Shown: in pieces, positions 13,608 through 25,825 of the stretch | How the letters are laid out: each line of letters starts with the position of its first letter | Position numbering within the stretch: position 1 is the stretch's first letter | Source of the DNA: Rhynchobatus australiae | Taxonomy: Eukaryota | Assembly (NCBI GenBank): GCA_034780895.1 | Contig: JAUZTB010000135.1 | Span: forward strand, 81,503,613 to 81,567,612 | Direction of reading: 5' to 3' | DNA length: 64,000 nucleotides | The notes under the pieces: generated by a model | Told to the model about the DNA's origin: nothing | What the model saw: only the letters and a program-made list of their open reading frames with translations | Database searches by the model: none | Made by a program: the position numbers and the translations under genes

Positions 13608-13880
13608 TGGTAGTGTAGTGGTTAGTGTAACGCTATTTCAGCGCCATCGACCCAGGTTCAATTCTGGATGCTCTCTGTAAGGAGTTTGTACATTCTCCCC
13701 GTGACTGCGTGGGTTTCCTCCCACATTCCAAAGATGTATGGGTTAGGGAGTTGTTGGCATACTATGTTGGCGCCAGAAGCATGGCAACACTTGAGGGCTG
13801 CCCCCAGAACATTCTATGCAAAAGATGCATTTCACTGTGTGTTTTGATGTATATGTGACTAATAAAGATATCTTATCTTT
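13608..13880 (+). mobile_element. V-SINE (HE1-like), young subfamily
   Basis: tRNA-like A box (tagtggttag) and B box (ggttcaattc), V-domain gagtttgtacattctccccgtgactgcgtgggtttcctcc, tail ...gtgactaataaagatatc. Close relatives at 54508-54800 and 55143-55448. Confidence 0.85.
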
Positions 13881-14203
13881 CATAAGTCAGGCATTCTAAG
13901 CTGTGGAGGACCTGTACCACAGGTTCTACTGCACCTGCTGGTCCCCGACTTCATAACAGCCACTCCCAAAGTGGGCAGTGCAGTTTCCAGTTCTGTGTGA
14001 GATAGTGCAGCAGCACCCATGTCCTTCATTCTCCAAGTTGCACACAATCTTGCTTGCAAAAGAGTAGAAGGTACATCACTATATGTTGTGCTGTCTGTTT
14101 GGTATTATGACTGAATAATTTACAGTCTGTGCAGGTTGTGAGAGATGTTTCTGAGGTTTACAACAATGTTCTGTGAGTGAAGGAATGGGAACATCTGACT
14201 ATT

Positions 14204-14900
14204 ATCAGAATAGGGTTTATTTTCACTGACATTTGTTGTGAAATTTATTGATTTGCCGCAGCAATGCAGTGCAAGACATAAGACTATGACTATAAGTTAC
14301 AATAAATAAATAGTGCAAAAGAGGAATAATGAGATTGGTCCATGAAACCATGAGCACATTCAGAAATCTGATGGCAGAGGGAAAGAAGCTGATCCTAAAA
14401 CATTGAGTGTGGGTTTTCAGGCTCCTGTACCTCCTCCTCGATGGTAGTAATGAGAAGAGGGCATGTCTTAATGATGGAGGCTACCTTCTTGGTGGTATGT
14501 GATGGAGCTGGCTGAGCCTACTACCCTCTGCAGTCTCTTTCGATCCTGCACAGGATCGAAAGAGCGTCCATTCCAGGCAGTGATGCAACCAGTCAGAATG
14601 CTCTTAACCGTACATCTGTAGAAACTTGCAAGAGTCTTGGTGACATTCCAAATCTCCTCAAACTCGTTATGAAGTAGACCCGTTGGTATGCCTTCTTTGT
14701 GAGTGTATTAATGTGTTGAGCCCAGGATAGATCCTCAGATGTTGATGCCCAGGAACTTGAAACTGTTCACCCTTTCCACTGCTGACCCCTCAATGAGGAT
14801 TGGTGTGTGTTCTCCAGACTTCCCCTTCCTGAAGTCCACAACCAATTCCTTGGTCTTGCTGACGTTGGGTGTGAGGTTGTTGTTGCGATACCACTCAACT
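14204..14900 (-). mobile_element. Rex1/Babar-clade LINE 3' portion
   Basis: Minus strand reads VEWYRNNNLTPNVSKTKELVVDFRK. Homologous to 45330-45650 and 57190-57975. Confidence 0.8.
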
Positions 14901-15029
14901 ATTAATTAGGTAAGTTATCAATTAGGTACAAATCCTGATAGGATATTTTCTTAAGTAGATTATGAGGGTGTGATGCTCTGATCAGTGTTTGAGTCAAATT
15001 GTAAAGTTGATGGATTACAGTTCTTTAAA

Positions 15030-15400
15030 AATATAATGCAATACACAAAATGCTGGAGGAACTCAACAGGTCAGGCAGCATCAATGGAGGGAAATTGGCA
15101 GTCAACGTTTCAGGTCGAGACCCTTCATCTGGACTGAAAGATAGAGGGGAGATGGCTGGTATAAAAAGGTGGAGGGAAGGGGTAGAGCAAGAGCTGGCAG
15201 GCGATACGTGGATCCAGGTGGGGTGATAGGCAGATGGGGGAGGTGAGAGTGGGAATAGTGTCAGAAGCTGGGAGGTGAGAAATGGAAGTGACAAAGAACT
15301 GATGATGGTGGAATCTGATAGGACAGGAAGGTGGAGCATGGAATAAAGAGAAGGAGATGGGGAGGGTAGAGGGGAGGGCAGCCAGGGGAAGGAGTGTGAA
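15030..15400 (-). mobile_element. Penelope-like element terminal repeat containing a hammerhead motif
   Basis: Homologous to 59583-60050 and 27650-27937. Pyrimidine-rich on the minus strand, then the motif at 15099-15136. Confidence 0.8.
15099..15136 (-). ncRNA. Minimal type I hammerhead ribozyme motif (core variant CAGAUGA)
   Basis: Minus strand CAGUC CAGAUGA AGGGUCUCGACCU GAAAC GUU GACUG: perfect 5-bp stem I, stem II hairpin, palindromic ACGU stem III; U4 is replaced by A. Confidence 0.65.
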
Positions 15401-15529
15401 TCCCTGACCTTCACAGGATTTGTGATTTTTTTTTTCACTCCTCACCACATTGCTGCTAGTTTCTTGGGACTCAAATCCTTGCTTGTTTGCCATTGCTATC
15501 TCCCTCATTGTCTTCTGAGGGTGCAGGGA

Positions 15530-15670
15530 GAAGAAAATCTTGCCTTTCTATAATACCTTTCAGGAGGTCGCAAGCACTTTACAGTTAATCAAGCACTTTT
15601 GAATTGTATTCACTGTTACAAAGTAGAACATACGAGAGCACAGACATGTCTCACAAACAGCAAGGAATGT
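15530..15670 (-). mobile_element. DeuSINE (SacSINE1-like) 3' fragment
   Basis: Reverse complement resembles the 3' part of 31170-31290 (ctgtaaagtgcttgcgacctcctgaaagg...gcaag). Confidence 0.55.
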
Positions 15671-15909
15671 GGACAACATTCCTTTCTTGCCCTCTTCAAT
15701 TTGCTTTAGAGTTGAAATTGATCTTGGATAGTGGAAGCTGATTTTACAACCTGTTCAATTATTCCTTTCCATTTATTTCACAGTATAGAATGTTGAGCAG
15801 TGTAAGGGGGCTGTTAAACTAATTCCTATTTGAGATTATAGCTCAGTGTTTTTATTCCCTTCATTTTGTGCCCTTGTCCAATACAACTTCTCAGTCGTAA
15901 ATAAAAATC

Positions 15910-16080
15910 GAAAAAAGGTCAGATGCTAGAAATCTAAAATATAAACAGGAAATTCTGGAAATATTCAGCAGGTCAGATCTGACAAAGGGTCTCAGACTGG
16001 ACATGTTAACTCTGTTCCTCTTTCCAAAGATGCTGCCTGACCTGATGAGTGGTTCCAGCATTTTCTGTGTTTAATTTCAA
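15910..16080. mobile_element. Miniature fold-back derivative of the Penelope-like terminus
   Basis: Left arm aaacaggaaattctggaaatattcagcaggtcag is inverted to right arm ctgacctgatgagtggttccagcattttctgtgttt. A decayed hammerhead (ctgacaaagggtctcagactggacatgttaact) lies between them. Confidence 0.7.
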
Positions 16081-16985
16081 CTTCTCAACTGATACTGTAG
16101 TGTACTCATCCCCTATTACATCTAGCAGTTACTTTCAAGATACAGGCTAGGGTCTTATATGCTTTGTCTCAATCCCAAGGCCTTCCCATTAGTTCCCCTT
16201 GCTCCTTTTAATGTGTCCATTATTGCCAACTGATGGTTTACTCTCAGCTCTTGATCTTCATGTAACTAGTTCACAGGCTCCTGCAGTCATATTCTAAAAT
16301 CCAAATAATGTTTCCCTGAAACCCTCATTTTCTTTGTTACTTCTCCCTAAAAACTCTTTTTAAAAATTTTTTAGGCTCTGCTTTTACTTCTCATGCCAAT
16401 TTTTCTGCAATAATGTTCCTATTCTCAATAGTTTACTTCGCGTTACTTTTGGATGTAACCTTTCCTTCTGCCTCCCTGGACATTCTGTCTTTGCCATCAC
16501 CTCAATGGCTGCTTATAGAAACACCATGAGCTTATACTGCTTGATATATAAACTATTGTTTATTGTTTGTTTTAGTTGTCCATGTATTTACTGAAATAAG
16601 GAAGTAAAAAATTCTGCCTATAAAACTTTCAAAGATAGCTAGTCAATATTTGATCTCTTTGGTGAAGCTAAGCTGCCAGTTTTCCAAACCTGGAAGCAAT
16701 TTCCAACAGTAAAGTAAAAGTATCACTACTCTAGTCCCATTGTAACTCTATTTGTGCTATTGAAGCATTGAAAATTTATGATATGAAAGCTAAGTTCTAT
16801 GCACATATATAGGCAGGTATGCACAGAGTTCTCTTATGCTCTGCTGGTTTGAGCAGAAAACAACTGATTATTTTGTGTCATCATTGGTTACAAATTTTAC
16901 AACTTTATTTTAAGAGATCTTTCTCGGAAATTGAGCCTTCAAAGTTTCTGAGCTGTCATTTTTGTTTTAATTATTTATTATGCAG

Positions 16986-17104
16986 ACGTGGGACATCGAA
17001 CTGGAAAGGTCTTCAGAAGCTTGGGCTTCACAGTGTCTCTGGGAGCATGGACCTGGTTATCTCCTACCTTCTATAGGGCAGAATCTGGGTGCACACTGGG
17101 GCAG
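16986..17104 (+). CDS. CRISPLD1: CRISPLD1 exon 3 (CAP domain)
   Basis: [39 protein letters not shown](R); cag| acceptor, |gtattg donor; 119 nt. Confidence 0.97.
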
Positions 17105-17210
17105 GTATTGTATGCAAGAGAAGACCAAAATAAATTTAAATTGTTTCAGCTGTTGTGTGTAAGCTTTGTCTTCAAAAATTATGTATTTGATTTTCATGTT
17201 AAATCCACAG

Positions 17211-17343
17211 ATACCGGCCTCCTACATTTCATGTTCAAGCTTGGTATGATGAAGTTAGAGATTATATATATCCTTATCCTCAAGAATGTAACCCTTGGTG
17301 TCCTTTTAGATGTGTTGGTCCAGTGTGTACCCATTACACTCAG
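17211..17343 (+). CDS. CRISPLD1: CRISPLD1 exon 4 (CAP domain)
   Basis: [44 protein letters not shown]; 133 nt, after a 106-bp intron. Confidence 0.97.
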
Positions 17344-17544
17344 GTATGGTTAACTTAAGTAAGAGGTTTATGTGGATACTATTTTAAGTAAAGCTGCATA
17401 AAATTGATTTGAGCAGTCCTAATTTGGCTTCCTAAAGTAAAACTGACACTTGGTTGGGATTTTTACTGTGGTACATAGTGTAGGGAAATTGGAATACCAG
17501 ATGTTCTAAAGAGGCTGTGAATAAAACGAAATACAGTTTCTCTC

Positions 17545-17900
17545 TTATTATGATTTCCAGAATGTCAGGGCATCCTAAAGTGCTTTACACCCACAACAAA
17601 ACTTCTGTCCTCATAATCCAAGAAACACAGTAACCAATTTGTTTACAGCAAGCTTCAAAGTGTGACAGTGACCAATGTTTCTGTGTTTTTTGGCTAAACA
17701 TTAGCCATATTCAAAGGCAAATTCCTCTTCCCTTCTCTGAATACCATTGTGGAATCTTTTATGTTACCCTGAGAGGTCAAATGGAAGCTCTGTTTAATTC
17801 CTTATGTGAAAGTAGAGAATTCCCTTTATACTGAATAGATTATGTCTTGAGTCATTGGAGTGGGTCTTTTGAGAAGTGGGGGTGTTACTATTTGAGATAA
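17545..17900 (-). mobile_element. DeuSINE (SacSINE1-like), degenerate
   Basis: Similarity by eye to the reverse complement of 31020-31290 (catcctaaagtgctttac, ccaatttgtttacagcaagct, gaataccattgtggaatctttta). Confidence 0.55.
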
Positions 17901-18889
17901 ACTTGAGAGAAAGTGTGCCATATTGCATCTGATCAATAAATCTGATCTGTATTCTGTGATACAAAGTTCCTGAAAGAAAGAAAATGTTCCATCACAGGGA
18001 ACTTGGGTCCATTATCTAACTGACCATGTGGAAAAAAAACATTAATTGTGGTATTAAACTGCTTTTTTTCTATAATTTCTGTTTCAATGATGCTCACTTC
18101 GGCCTTTGCACATTTATAAAGAACTTCTGGTATTTGATATTAAACTTAGAGATAAGTTTCCTCACCACTTGTGTTTGAGGAACACATCTCTTCCAGACAT
18201 ATAGCCACCCATTTAATATTGCTCAGTGGTTTCTGGGGAACCTCCTGATATGATTGATGGCCTAGCAAATCACAGGAAACAGGAGGGTGTGCAGTTCAGG
18301 TTCTTGCCTCACTTGCCTCACTTCCCTCACCCAAAACCCATTTTAAGAGCCACCTAGCAGGGGGTTTTGGTCCTGCACTCAGACACCTGCAAAATAAATA
18401 ATCAAAATCGGCATATAACTTAAAACAAAAGGAAAATATTTTCCCTAAGGGCTCCTGGAGATCATATTTTCACTTGAAAGATATCAATGTTGATTACGCT
18501 GAATAATTGCCAGTGGCTTGGACAGGGCTGAAAGTCTGTGCATTATCATTTCTGTTAGTGACATGCTGAGCCACCTGCCCTGCCCTGTTCGTTAGGTCCC
18601 AGGTATTTTGCTAGTCTTCTGCCTCCAAGTTCCTGTAAAGCTGTTACTTTTCCCTTGAGGAATGGTAGAACTAACAATTCAGGAACACATGCCTGCAGTT
18701 AATTAGCTCCTTGATCTCTTGGTCATTCTCAAGAAACAATCCCTGTTCCTCTTAGTAGAGCAACCTAGAGTCCCTTTGTAGGTGTCAATCATGGTGGACT
18801 TCAGGGCAGCCGATATGCCGTAAACACTCTGCAATTCTTGTTTGCTTGAAGTTCACAGATTGACTATGAGATAGTGAATGAGGGGAGTT

Positions 18890-19520
18890 TCCTTTGGAGG
18901 GTACTTGAGAACGTGTATGCTGATCTTCCAATATCTAGACTATCTATGGCGGGTACCTCGTGGCACTGGAAAGATATCAGCAAAGCTGTCTTCACAAAAT
19001 CCTTCAAGGTCAATGGAAAGATAAGCAAACCAATGCCAGTGTCCTCTCCCAAGCCAATGTTCATAGCATTGAAGCCCGAGTTACACTTAGTTGACTCTGT
19101 GGGCTGGCCAAGTTGTTAGCATGCCTGACACCAGACTCCCAAACAGACACTTTATTCCTTGCTCTGTCATGGGAAAACGGAGGAAAAGGTTCAAGGATGT
19201 ACTCAGAACATCTTTGGAAGAATGCAGCATCCTCACTGACTCATGGGAACTCTTGGCACATGACCACTCAAAATGGGAAAGCAGTATTAGGGATGGGATT
19301 AAGAACCTCCTATCCATGTATAGGAGCACACAGAAACCCTACATAAATGGCTGAAAGAGGGCACCACCTCACAAATTGCACATTTGACATTTCCTATGAC
19401 ATCTGGTGAGGCTGCAGTTCACACATGGACCTCAACAGTCACCGCAAAACCCATTTAGATATAAAAAGAGGAGTAACAAGTCATCCCGAATCTTAAGGGA
19501 CTGCCTAGGATGAAAAATAA
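18890..19520 (+). mobile_element. RTE-clade LINE 3' fragment
   Basis: ORF 19091-19354 has RLPNR...GKRRKRFKDVLRTSLEECSILTDSWELLAHDHSKW, the typical RTE C-terminal region. Confidence 0.75.
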
Positions 19521-19628
19521 CTGTCATTATAGTTTGGCTGATATGATTCTGATATGATTGTGCCTTTTTGTAATGTGAGCATGCTGTCAGGTGCAATGTA
19601 AATTTCTTTTATATTTTCTTTCTTTTAG

Positions 19629-19744
19629 GTAGTATGGGCAACAAGTAACAAAGTTGGCTGTGCCATTAATTTATGTATAAACATGAACATCTGGGGTCAG
19701 CTGTGGGAACAAGCCGTCTACCTAGTTTGCAATTACTCCCCTAA
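19629..19744 (+). CDS. CRISPLD1: CRISPLD1 exon 5 (CAP domain)
   Basis: [38 protein letters not shown](K); 116 nt; tag| and |gtgagt. Confidence 0.97.
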
Positions 19745-21168
19745 GTGAGTAAAACTAGAAAAACATAAAAGTGAAACTGTGATGGTATATTTCTGGGAAC
19801 TTATATAAAATTTCACACCGTTTTCTGAGGAATGTAAAATGCCTGTGATTTGCCAATTGTAATGGTGCTTATTATATTCTGGTTACAGAATTAACCTGAA
19901 AACCACATGTAATTTATTTTCATAAGGTTTTGTATAAATGACATTATAGTTAACATTTCTGAAGTATTCATATAATTGCACATCTAACACGAGGCATCAC
20001 TTCCGGTATTTGAATTAACCTGAGGGCTAGAAATTGTACCAAGTTTGAATAGCAGCACTGCATGAGGCCATTTCATCTTTGTGAGAGGCCTAAACTGACA
20101 CGCATCAATAGGGTATGCTTGTAGGTTTGATTGTCCACAAAGCCTATTCATCTACAAGCTTTCACTATTGGACACCTTGCAGAGCTAAATAGTTAGGCAG
20201 TGAAATGGGATTGGGTGTGTTTACAGATGAATGGTACTGTAGGCGGTTTGGGATATAATTGTTGAGGGAGGAAGGTGGATTGACTCAGAGGGTATTGATT
20301 GTTTGCTTTGAGATTGGGGTTATTGGGGGAGAAAGGGGCATTGGCAGCATGATGATGGTGCATGGAAGAAGATGGATACTGTGGACTCCCTGGTTGTAGC
20401 ATATGTCAGGTTGGGATTCCTTCACCTAATGCCAAAGTGGGCCACAACCTTTTAGTTGAGGCTTCTGCCATTCCTGGGCCTTATAAACACAGAAAACTTT
20501 TGTGCAAGTGACACAACAATGTGCGTTGCAAGCTGTTTGATGCCACTACATTTGTCCATTGGCCATGTACCTTGCAGGATCTGGAACAAATCACAGCACA
20601 CCCAGAACTAAACTGCACTTAGTGATTGGATTGTTTAAGAAAACTCCATTGCCTATTGTGCAAAAATTTTGCACGAGACATAGACTTTCTAGGCCAGTGA
20701 GCATTACAAGCATTTGGTGTTCATGAATGAGGTCCATGGTGATTTTGTAATCTTGAATTTTAGTTATTAATAATCAAATTGTATTCTCTAGGTTCTGATG
20801 ATCATCTGAACCTTTCAGTTGCATTATTTTCTAGTGTTTATTCCTTCATATTTATCATTATCATTGTATCTACTTACAGCAATGCAATTCTGGCTGATTA
20901 TACACGAAAGGCAGATATCTTAGAATGTGATATATTCTAATACAACATCTTATTTGGTGATGTTGTAAAATAACAATAGTAACTCCCATTTTTTCATATC
21001 TCCAGTCAAAGAAAAGGTGATTTGAAAAGAAAAACATTCAGTGAAAAATGTGTGAGGAAAAAATACATTTTTGGTTGTGCTGGAAAAATCATTGTGTAAT
21101 GTAATGAACACTCCTCTATAAAACGTGATTTTTTAAAAAAAATATACATATATGCTTATTATTTTCAG

Positions 21169-21269
21169 GGGAAACTGGTGGGGCCATGCTCCTTATAAAC
21201 ATGGACCTCCCTGTTCTGCCTGTCCTCCAAGCTATGGAGGAGGCTGTAGGGATAATCTATGTTACAAAG
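21169..21269 (+). CDS. CRISPLD1: CRISPLD1 exon 6 (CAP C-terminus / hinge)
   Basis: [33 protein letters not shown]; 101 nt; cag| and |gtatgt. Confidence 0.97.
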
Positions 21270-22357
21270 GTATGTGCTATTGGCTTTCTTTGCTTTATAA
21301 ATCTTTGAATATTGTTTATAAGCCATGACATTAATGATCCTTTACACATACCACACCTATGTGTGAATATTCTAAATATTGATCTTATTGTAAATTCCCT
21401 ATAACTTAAGTAAATGCATATGAAATTCTTCTATTTGCATTTGTGATTTGTATTGTTTGCCACATGAGTGGAATGTAGATTAAAATATCTCAGATGTTTG
21501 GGAAGTTTTTTAGTCTTCTGTATTTAAACTAATGTGGCAGGAACAGTATGTTACTGAATATGGAATACTTTGTCATAATTAATTGGAGGATCAGATTTTT
21601 ATACAGTTTTGAAGGAGAATTAAATAGGTGTTTGAAACTGATCTAGAGGTTTAGGGAGCGCATTGGGAAGAAGAATTAGTTTTGAATTGCTTCAGTAAAG
21701 GGCAGGCACAAATATAGTGGGTGAAATGACTCTTCCGTACATCTTCTGTACATCTTTGAACTACCATGTTTAGCCTGGCTATAGGCCTTTTCATGTGGTA
21801 TCTGCACAGAACATAGCAAAAGCTTGAGAAAATGCTGTCAGGCAGAACTNNNNNNNNNNNNNNNNNNNNNNNNNNNNNNNNNNNNNNNNNNNNNNNNNNN
21901 NNNNNNNNNNNNNNNNNNNNNNNNNNNNNNNNNNNNNNNNNNNNNNNNNNNNNNNNNNNNNNNNNNNNNNNNNNNNNNNNNNNNNNNNNNNNNNNNNNNN
22001 NNNNNNNNNNNNNNNNNNNNNNNNNNNNNNNNNNNNNNNNNNNNNNNNNNNNNNNNNNNNNNNNNNNNNNNNNNNNNNNNNNNNNNNNNNNNNNNNNNNN
22101 NNNNNNNNNNNNNNNNNNNNNNNNNNNNNNNNNNNNNNNNNNNNNNNNNNNNNNNNNNNNNNNNNNNNNNNNNNNNNNNNNNNNNNNNNNNNNNNNNNNN
22201 NNNNNNNNNNNNNNNNNNNNNNNNNNNNNNNNNNNNNNNNNNNNNNNNNNNNNNNNNNNNNNNNNNNNNNNNNNNNNNNNNNNNNNNNNNNNNNNNNNNN
22301 NNNNNNNNNNNNNNNNNNNNNNNNNNNNNNNNNNNNNNNNNNNNNNNNNNNNNNNNN

Positions 22358-22645
22358 AAAATAGATGTGGTGAAACCTTTTCTCCCAGAGGATCATGATT
22401 CTTCTTCAAAGGAAGCAGAGTCTCAGCATATTTTTACGATAGATTGATTCTTGATAAACAAGGAGTAAAAGTTACTGGGGTAGGCAATGATGCAGATTTG
22501 AGGCGCGTTGCTTCTAATAACCCATTATTTCTTCAGATGCATGCCACACTCTTTACAATAAGATCAGCCATGGTTGTATTAAATGATGGAGTAAACTTAC
22601 GGGGCTGAGTGGCCTTTCTTGCTCCTAATTCGTACATTTGTATGC
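22358..22645 (+). mobile_element. CR1 LINE 3' end, next to an N gap
   Basis: Tail agatcagccatggttgtattaaatgatggag...ggggctgagtggcctttcttgctccta is typical of chondrichthyan CR1 3'UTRs. Confidence 0.65.
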
Positions 22646-23279
22646 ATGTTTAGAAATCTCACTTTAGGTGAGATTGGTCCAGACATTGGATCATTTGAAA
22701 CAATTTCAATTTAAAGAAAAAGTCAATTAAATGAAAATTACGGACTTTCTCCCAGCTTTGTTCTGCAGCTTTTTATTCCTTTGTATATTTGGCATACACA
22801 GAGGACCCTGAACATGTGTGTTGGTGGCTGGTGTCCGTGCAGTGCACACCTGGCTGCCACTTCAGTGGTTTTGATCCACATGCATGACCCAGGTGTGCAA
22901 GTGGCACTCACACATAAGCAGGCTTTCAGACTGCACAATCTGGTGCCTCAATACTGACAGGGGACATGCTAGACCAGGCCCTCGGCTGTGGAATCTGGTA
23001 CTGGAAACCCATCTCAGGTTCATCTTTAACTAATGTGTTTCATAGATCTTCAGTAAAAAGGGGAAAATATACCCAAAATAGCCTTAATCCTGATGGCCAC
23101 CTTTGTGTGTGGCTGCATCAAACTGTGTGTAGAGCTAGAGTATGTAAACACCATGTGTCACTATGTGCTGAGGTTTTACCTGTCCCTGATATTGCTAAAG
23201 TTGGGCCTGACTTAGTTCCATTTAGTTGAAGCTTGTCGCCCCACCTGACCTTGTAGCATGGAATGTCTTGGATACCTTA

Positions 23280-23745
23280 TGGGAGAAGGGAATGGTTCCG
23301 TGAGTTGGCTGTCAAAGCCATTTGGCAGAATCCCTCATCTCCAGAACTCTCAAAAAAGAACCAAGACCTCACGTGGCTGGCAGTGGGAGGGGTCCTGCCC
23401 ATCAGATCCTTCATGTCTGGTCCTCAATCACATTGCACGCTGCTCATGAGAAGGCTGCAGTGTGAATGAGGTGATTATCTACCTCCTTTTGACTGTGCTG
23501 TTGCCACAAAGGTCTGGAATGAGATGCAATGGTCCTTGTCGAGGTTTGCCCCAGGCAGCTGTGTAACAGAAGACTCTGTGATCCATGGCTTGTTCCCACT
23601 GAGGCAAACCGACAGCTGCTGGAAGATGATCAACTCAGTGAAAGATACAGTATACTTAGGGTCTGCCTGAAACTTGGTCTTCCAGTATAAGGAGATGTCC
23701 ACAAGTGAATGTGGCCAACCGGCATATTCCAAGGTGTAATGGAAG
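23280..23745 (+). mobile_element. L1/Tx1-clade LINE C-terminal (zf-RVT region) remnant
   Basis: AVKAIWQNPSSPELSKKNQDLTWLAVGGVLPIRSFM, then CVTEDSVIHGLFP and WKMINSVKD. Confidence 0.55.
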
Positions 23746-24185
23746 CACTGAAGCTTGGTTCTTCAGTTCATCCTCACTCCCAGCAATATCCAGGCCAGCC
23801 CTCACCTTCTACCTGATCCCCAGGTCACTCCTTGCCTGACCTACTGACCTCCACGTCTATTGTTGCTCAACCCTCATGATGCAATCTAACTCTTTGTCCC
23901 GAACTTTTCCCCACCAAATGAGGCAAAGCTAATGTGCCCTTCATTATTTTTAATTGTACACTTTCCACATTTATGACCTGGAACAACAAGTGGTGAAATG
24001 TGCAGACGTACCAAAGTTCACCTTGATTAAACTTGGTTAACAAAAAACTCATGGTTACTTATGGCTTGCTCTCACTAACAAGACTCATTTTGGCAGATAT
24101 TTCTGTAGCACCGAAGGACAGTTTAATGAACTTAAGAAAAACCTTGTTTGTTTTTCATCCTTTTTCATTTTTGTTTCATCTGAAG

Positions 24186-24356
24186 ACGATGGAACAGATC
24201 GCCGCTATTCTCCTTCAGAACCGGAGGAAGAAACTAATGAGGTTGAAAGACAGAGGACTAAAACTCACGAAACACAATTGAATACGCGGACACGAACAGA
24301 TTCCATGAGAACCGAGCACCTTGATGCAAATGAGATTATAAATACCCAACAAATGT
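24186..24356 (+). CDS. CRISPLD1: CRISPLD1 exon 7 (linker)
   Basis: (D)DGTDRRYSPSEPEEETNEVERQRTKTHETQLNTRTRTDSMRTEHLDANEIINTQQM; 171 nt, phase 1-1; pyrimidine tract plus aag| acceptor, |gtaaga donor. Confidence 0.9.
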
Positions 24357-24409
24357 GTAAGAACAACTTGCTTTGTACTCTAAAACGAAGGCAAGATAAA
24401 ATGGGCACA

Positions 24410-25120
24410 GGAAATGTGAAAAGAAAATACTGCAGGACAGCCAGGTTTTGTGTGTGAGAGAAACGGTTAATGTTTCAGGCTATTTATCTTTCTTTAGAAA
24501 TGAAGTTTGGGAAGTTAGAGGTTTTAAAATGGGACAGGATCATGGAAAGGGGAACAGAGGAAAGAACAATAAAGTAGGTCTCTGAAAGGATGGAAGGTGG
24601 GGAAAATAAATGACAAGGGGCGATTGTGCAAAATAGAAATAAATAGTGACGGAACAAATAAAGATGCAAAAATTGATCCTGAGGAGGTGAAAATTACAAC
24701 AGAGTAATAATTGCTGAACTAGAAATCTTGTTCTGAGTTTCACTGGTATCATATGAGAAGTCAAGAGAGGTTTGAGCAAAACATAGAAAGCAAATTAAAA
24801 TAGACAAGTGAACAGAAAGTTCAGGGACACTCTTGTGGGTTAAACAGGGTTGTTCAGCAAGGCTATCAGCCAAGTTGTATGTGAGGTGTCTTTGTGAATT
24901 AGCATGAGAGTATAACAGATTGAAAGCAGTAGAATATGTGCTACTGGAAGGGGTATTTGGCACTGTGAATAATGGGAAGAGAGATTGAAAGGATGGTCAT
25001 GAGTAGGGGAAAAAGATACTTCAAATGAAAGAACTATTGACTGGATTGATGTGGAGGGATAGTAACTTTGGAATGCTGTAAGAAGAGGGATATGTTTTGC
25101 AGTGCCATCTTTCCATATGA
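24410..25120 (-). mobile_element. Old, degenerate Penelope-like element 3' fragment
   Basis: gagagaaacggttaatgtttcagg...ctttctttagaa is a decayed reverse hammerhead region, followed by a purine-rich + strand block as in 59583-60600. Confidence 0.5.
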
Positions 25121-25448
25121 TTATGAGAACTAATTGGCACAATTCATAAATCTGAGTTTACCATTTATTCTAAAATTGCTTGAAGGTTACTGCTGCTTTG
25201 TGTCATTATCCTGTGAAAGGCTTGGGTGGTGGAACAAATACATTAGGTGAACATAAATTTAGTTTCACACTTCTTTTGATTGTAAAATGTGCATTTTCTT
25301 CAAATTATAAAATCCCAAAGTAATAATAACTTCTTAAGAGCACAAGACTGTATTTGCTGAGTAATTGAGTTGCAGATGCCTTGGGACACCACAGCTATTT
25401 TAAAACTGATCCAGAAAAATCTCAGTCATTTCATTGTTTCTTCTACAG

Positions 25449-25509
25449 CTCAGTTGGTGTCCTGTGAAACCAAACTACGCGACCGATGCAAGGGAACAAC
25501 TTGTAATAG
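25449..25509 (+). CDS. CRISPLD1: CRISPLD1 exon 8 (LCCL-1 start)
   Basis: (S)QLVSCETKLRDRCKGTTCN(R); 61 nt. Confidence 0.95.
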
Positions 25510-25758
25510 GTGAGAAATGGAGGCAAAACCCATTTTCTATACCAGTTACTAAACTAACAAAATAGTGTTTAAAATGCTTATAATCCTGTTCGGTTTAAAT
25601 TTATACTGATTGACAATGAAGCACTTTTTTTTTTCAAGCATTCTTTTCATTGGAATTCTGATATATCAAGCAGAAATTCATTGTTCTAGGCAAAGTAACA
25701 ATATTGTAAAAGGGAAGTAGACAAGGACATAACATTAATCTTATTTCACTTCTTATAG

Positions 25759-25825
25759 ATACGAATGCCCGGCTGGTTGCTTGTATAGCAAAGGAAAAGT
25801 AATTGGGACTCTGCATTATGAAATG
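25759..25825 (+). CDS. CRISPLD1: CRISPLD1 exon 9 (LCCL-1)
   Basis: YECPAGCLYSKGKVIGTLHYEM; 67 nt. Confidence 0.95.

Noticed and set aside
20024-20695. Possible Harbinger-type MITE with ends gggctagaaa / tttctaggcc
   Set aside because: Only a 9/10-bp inverted match and no clean TSD.
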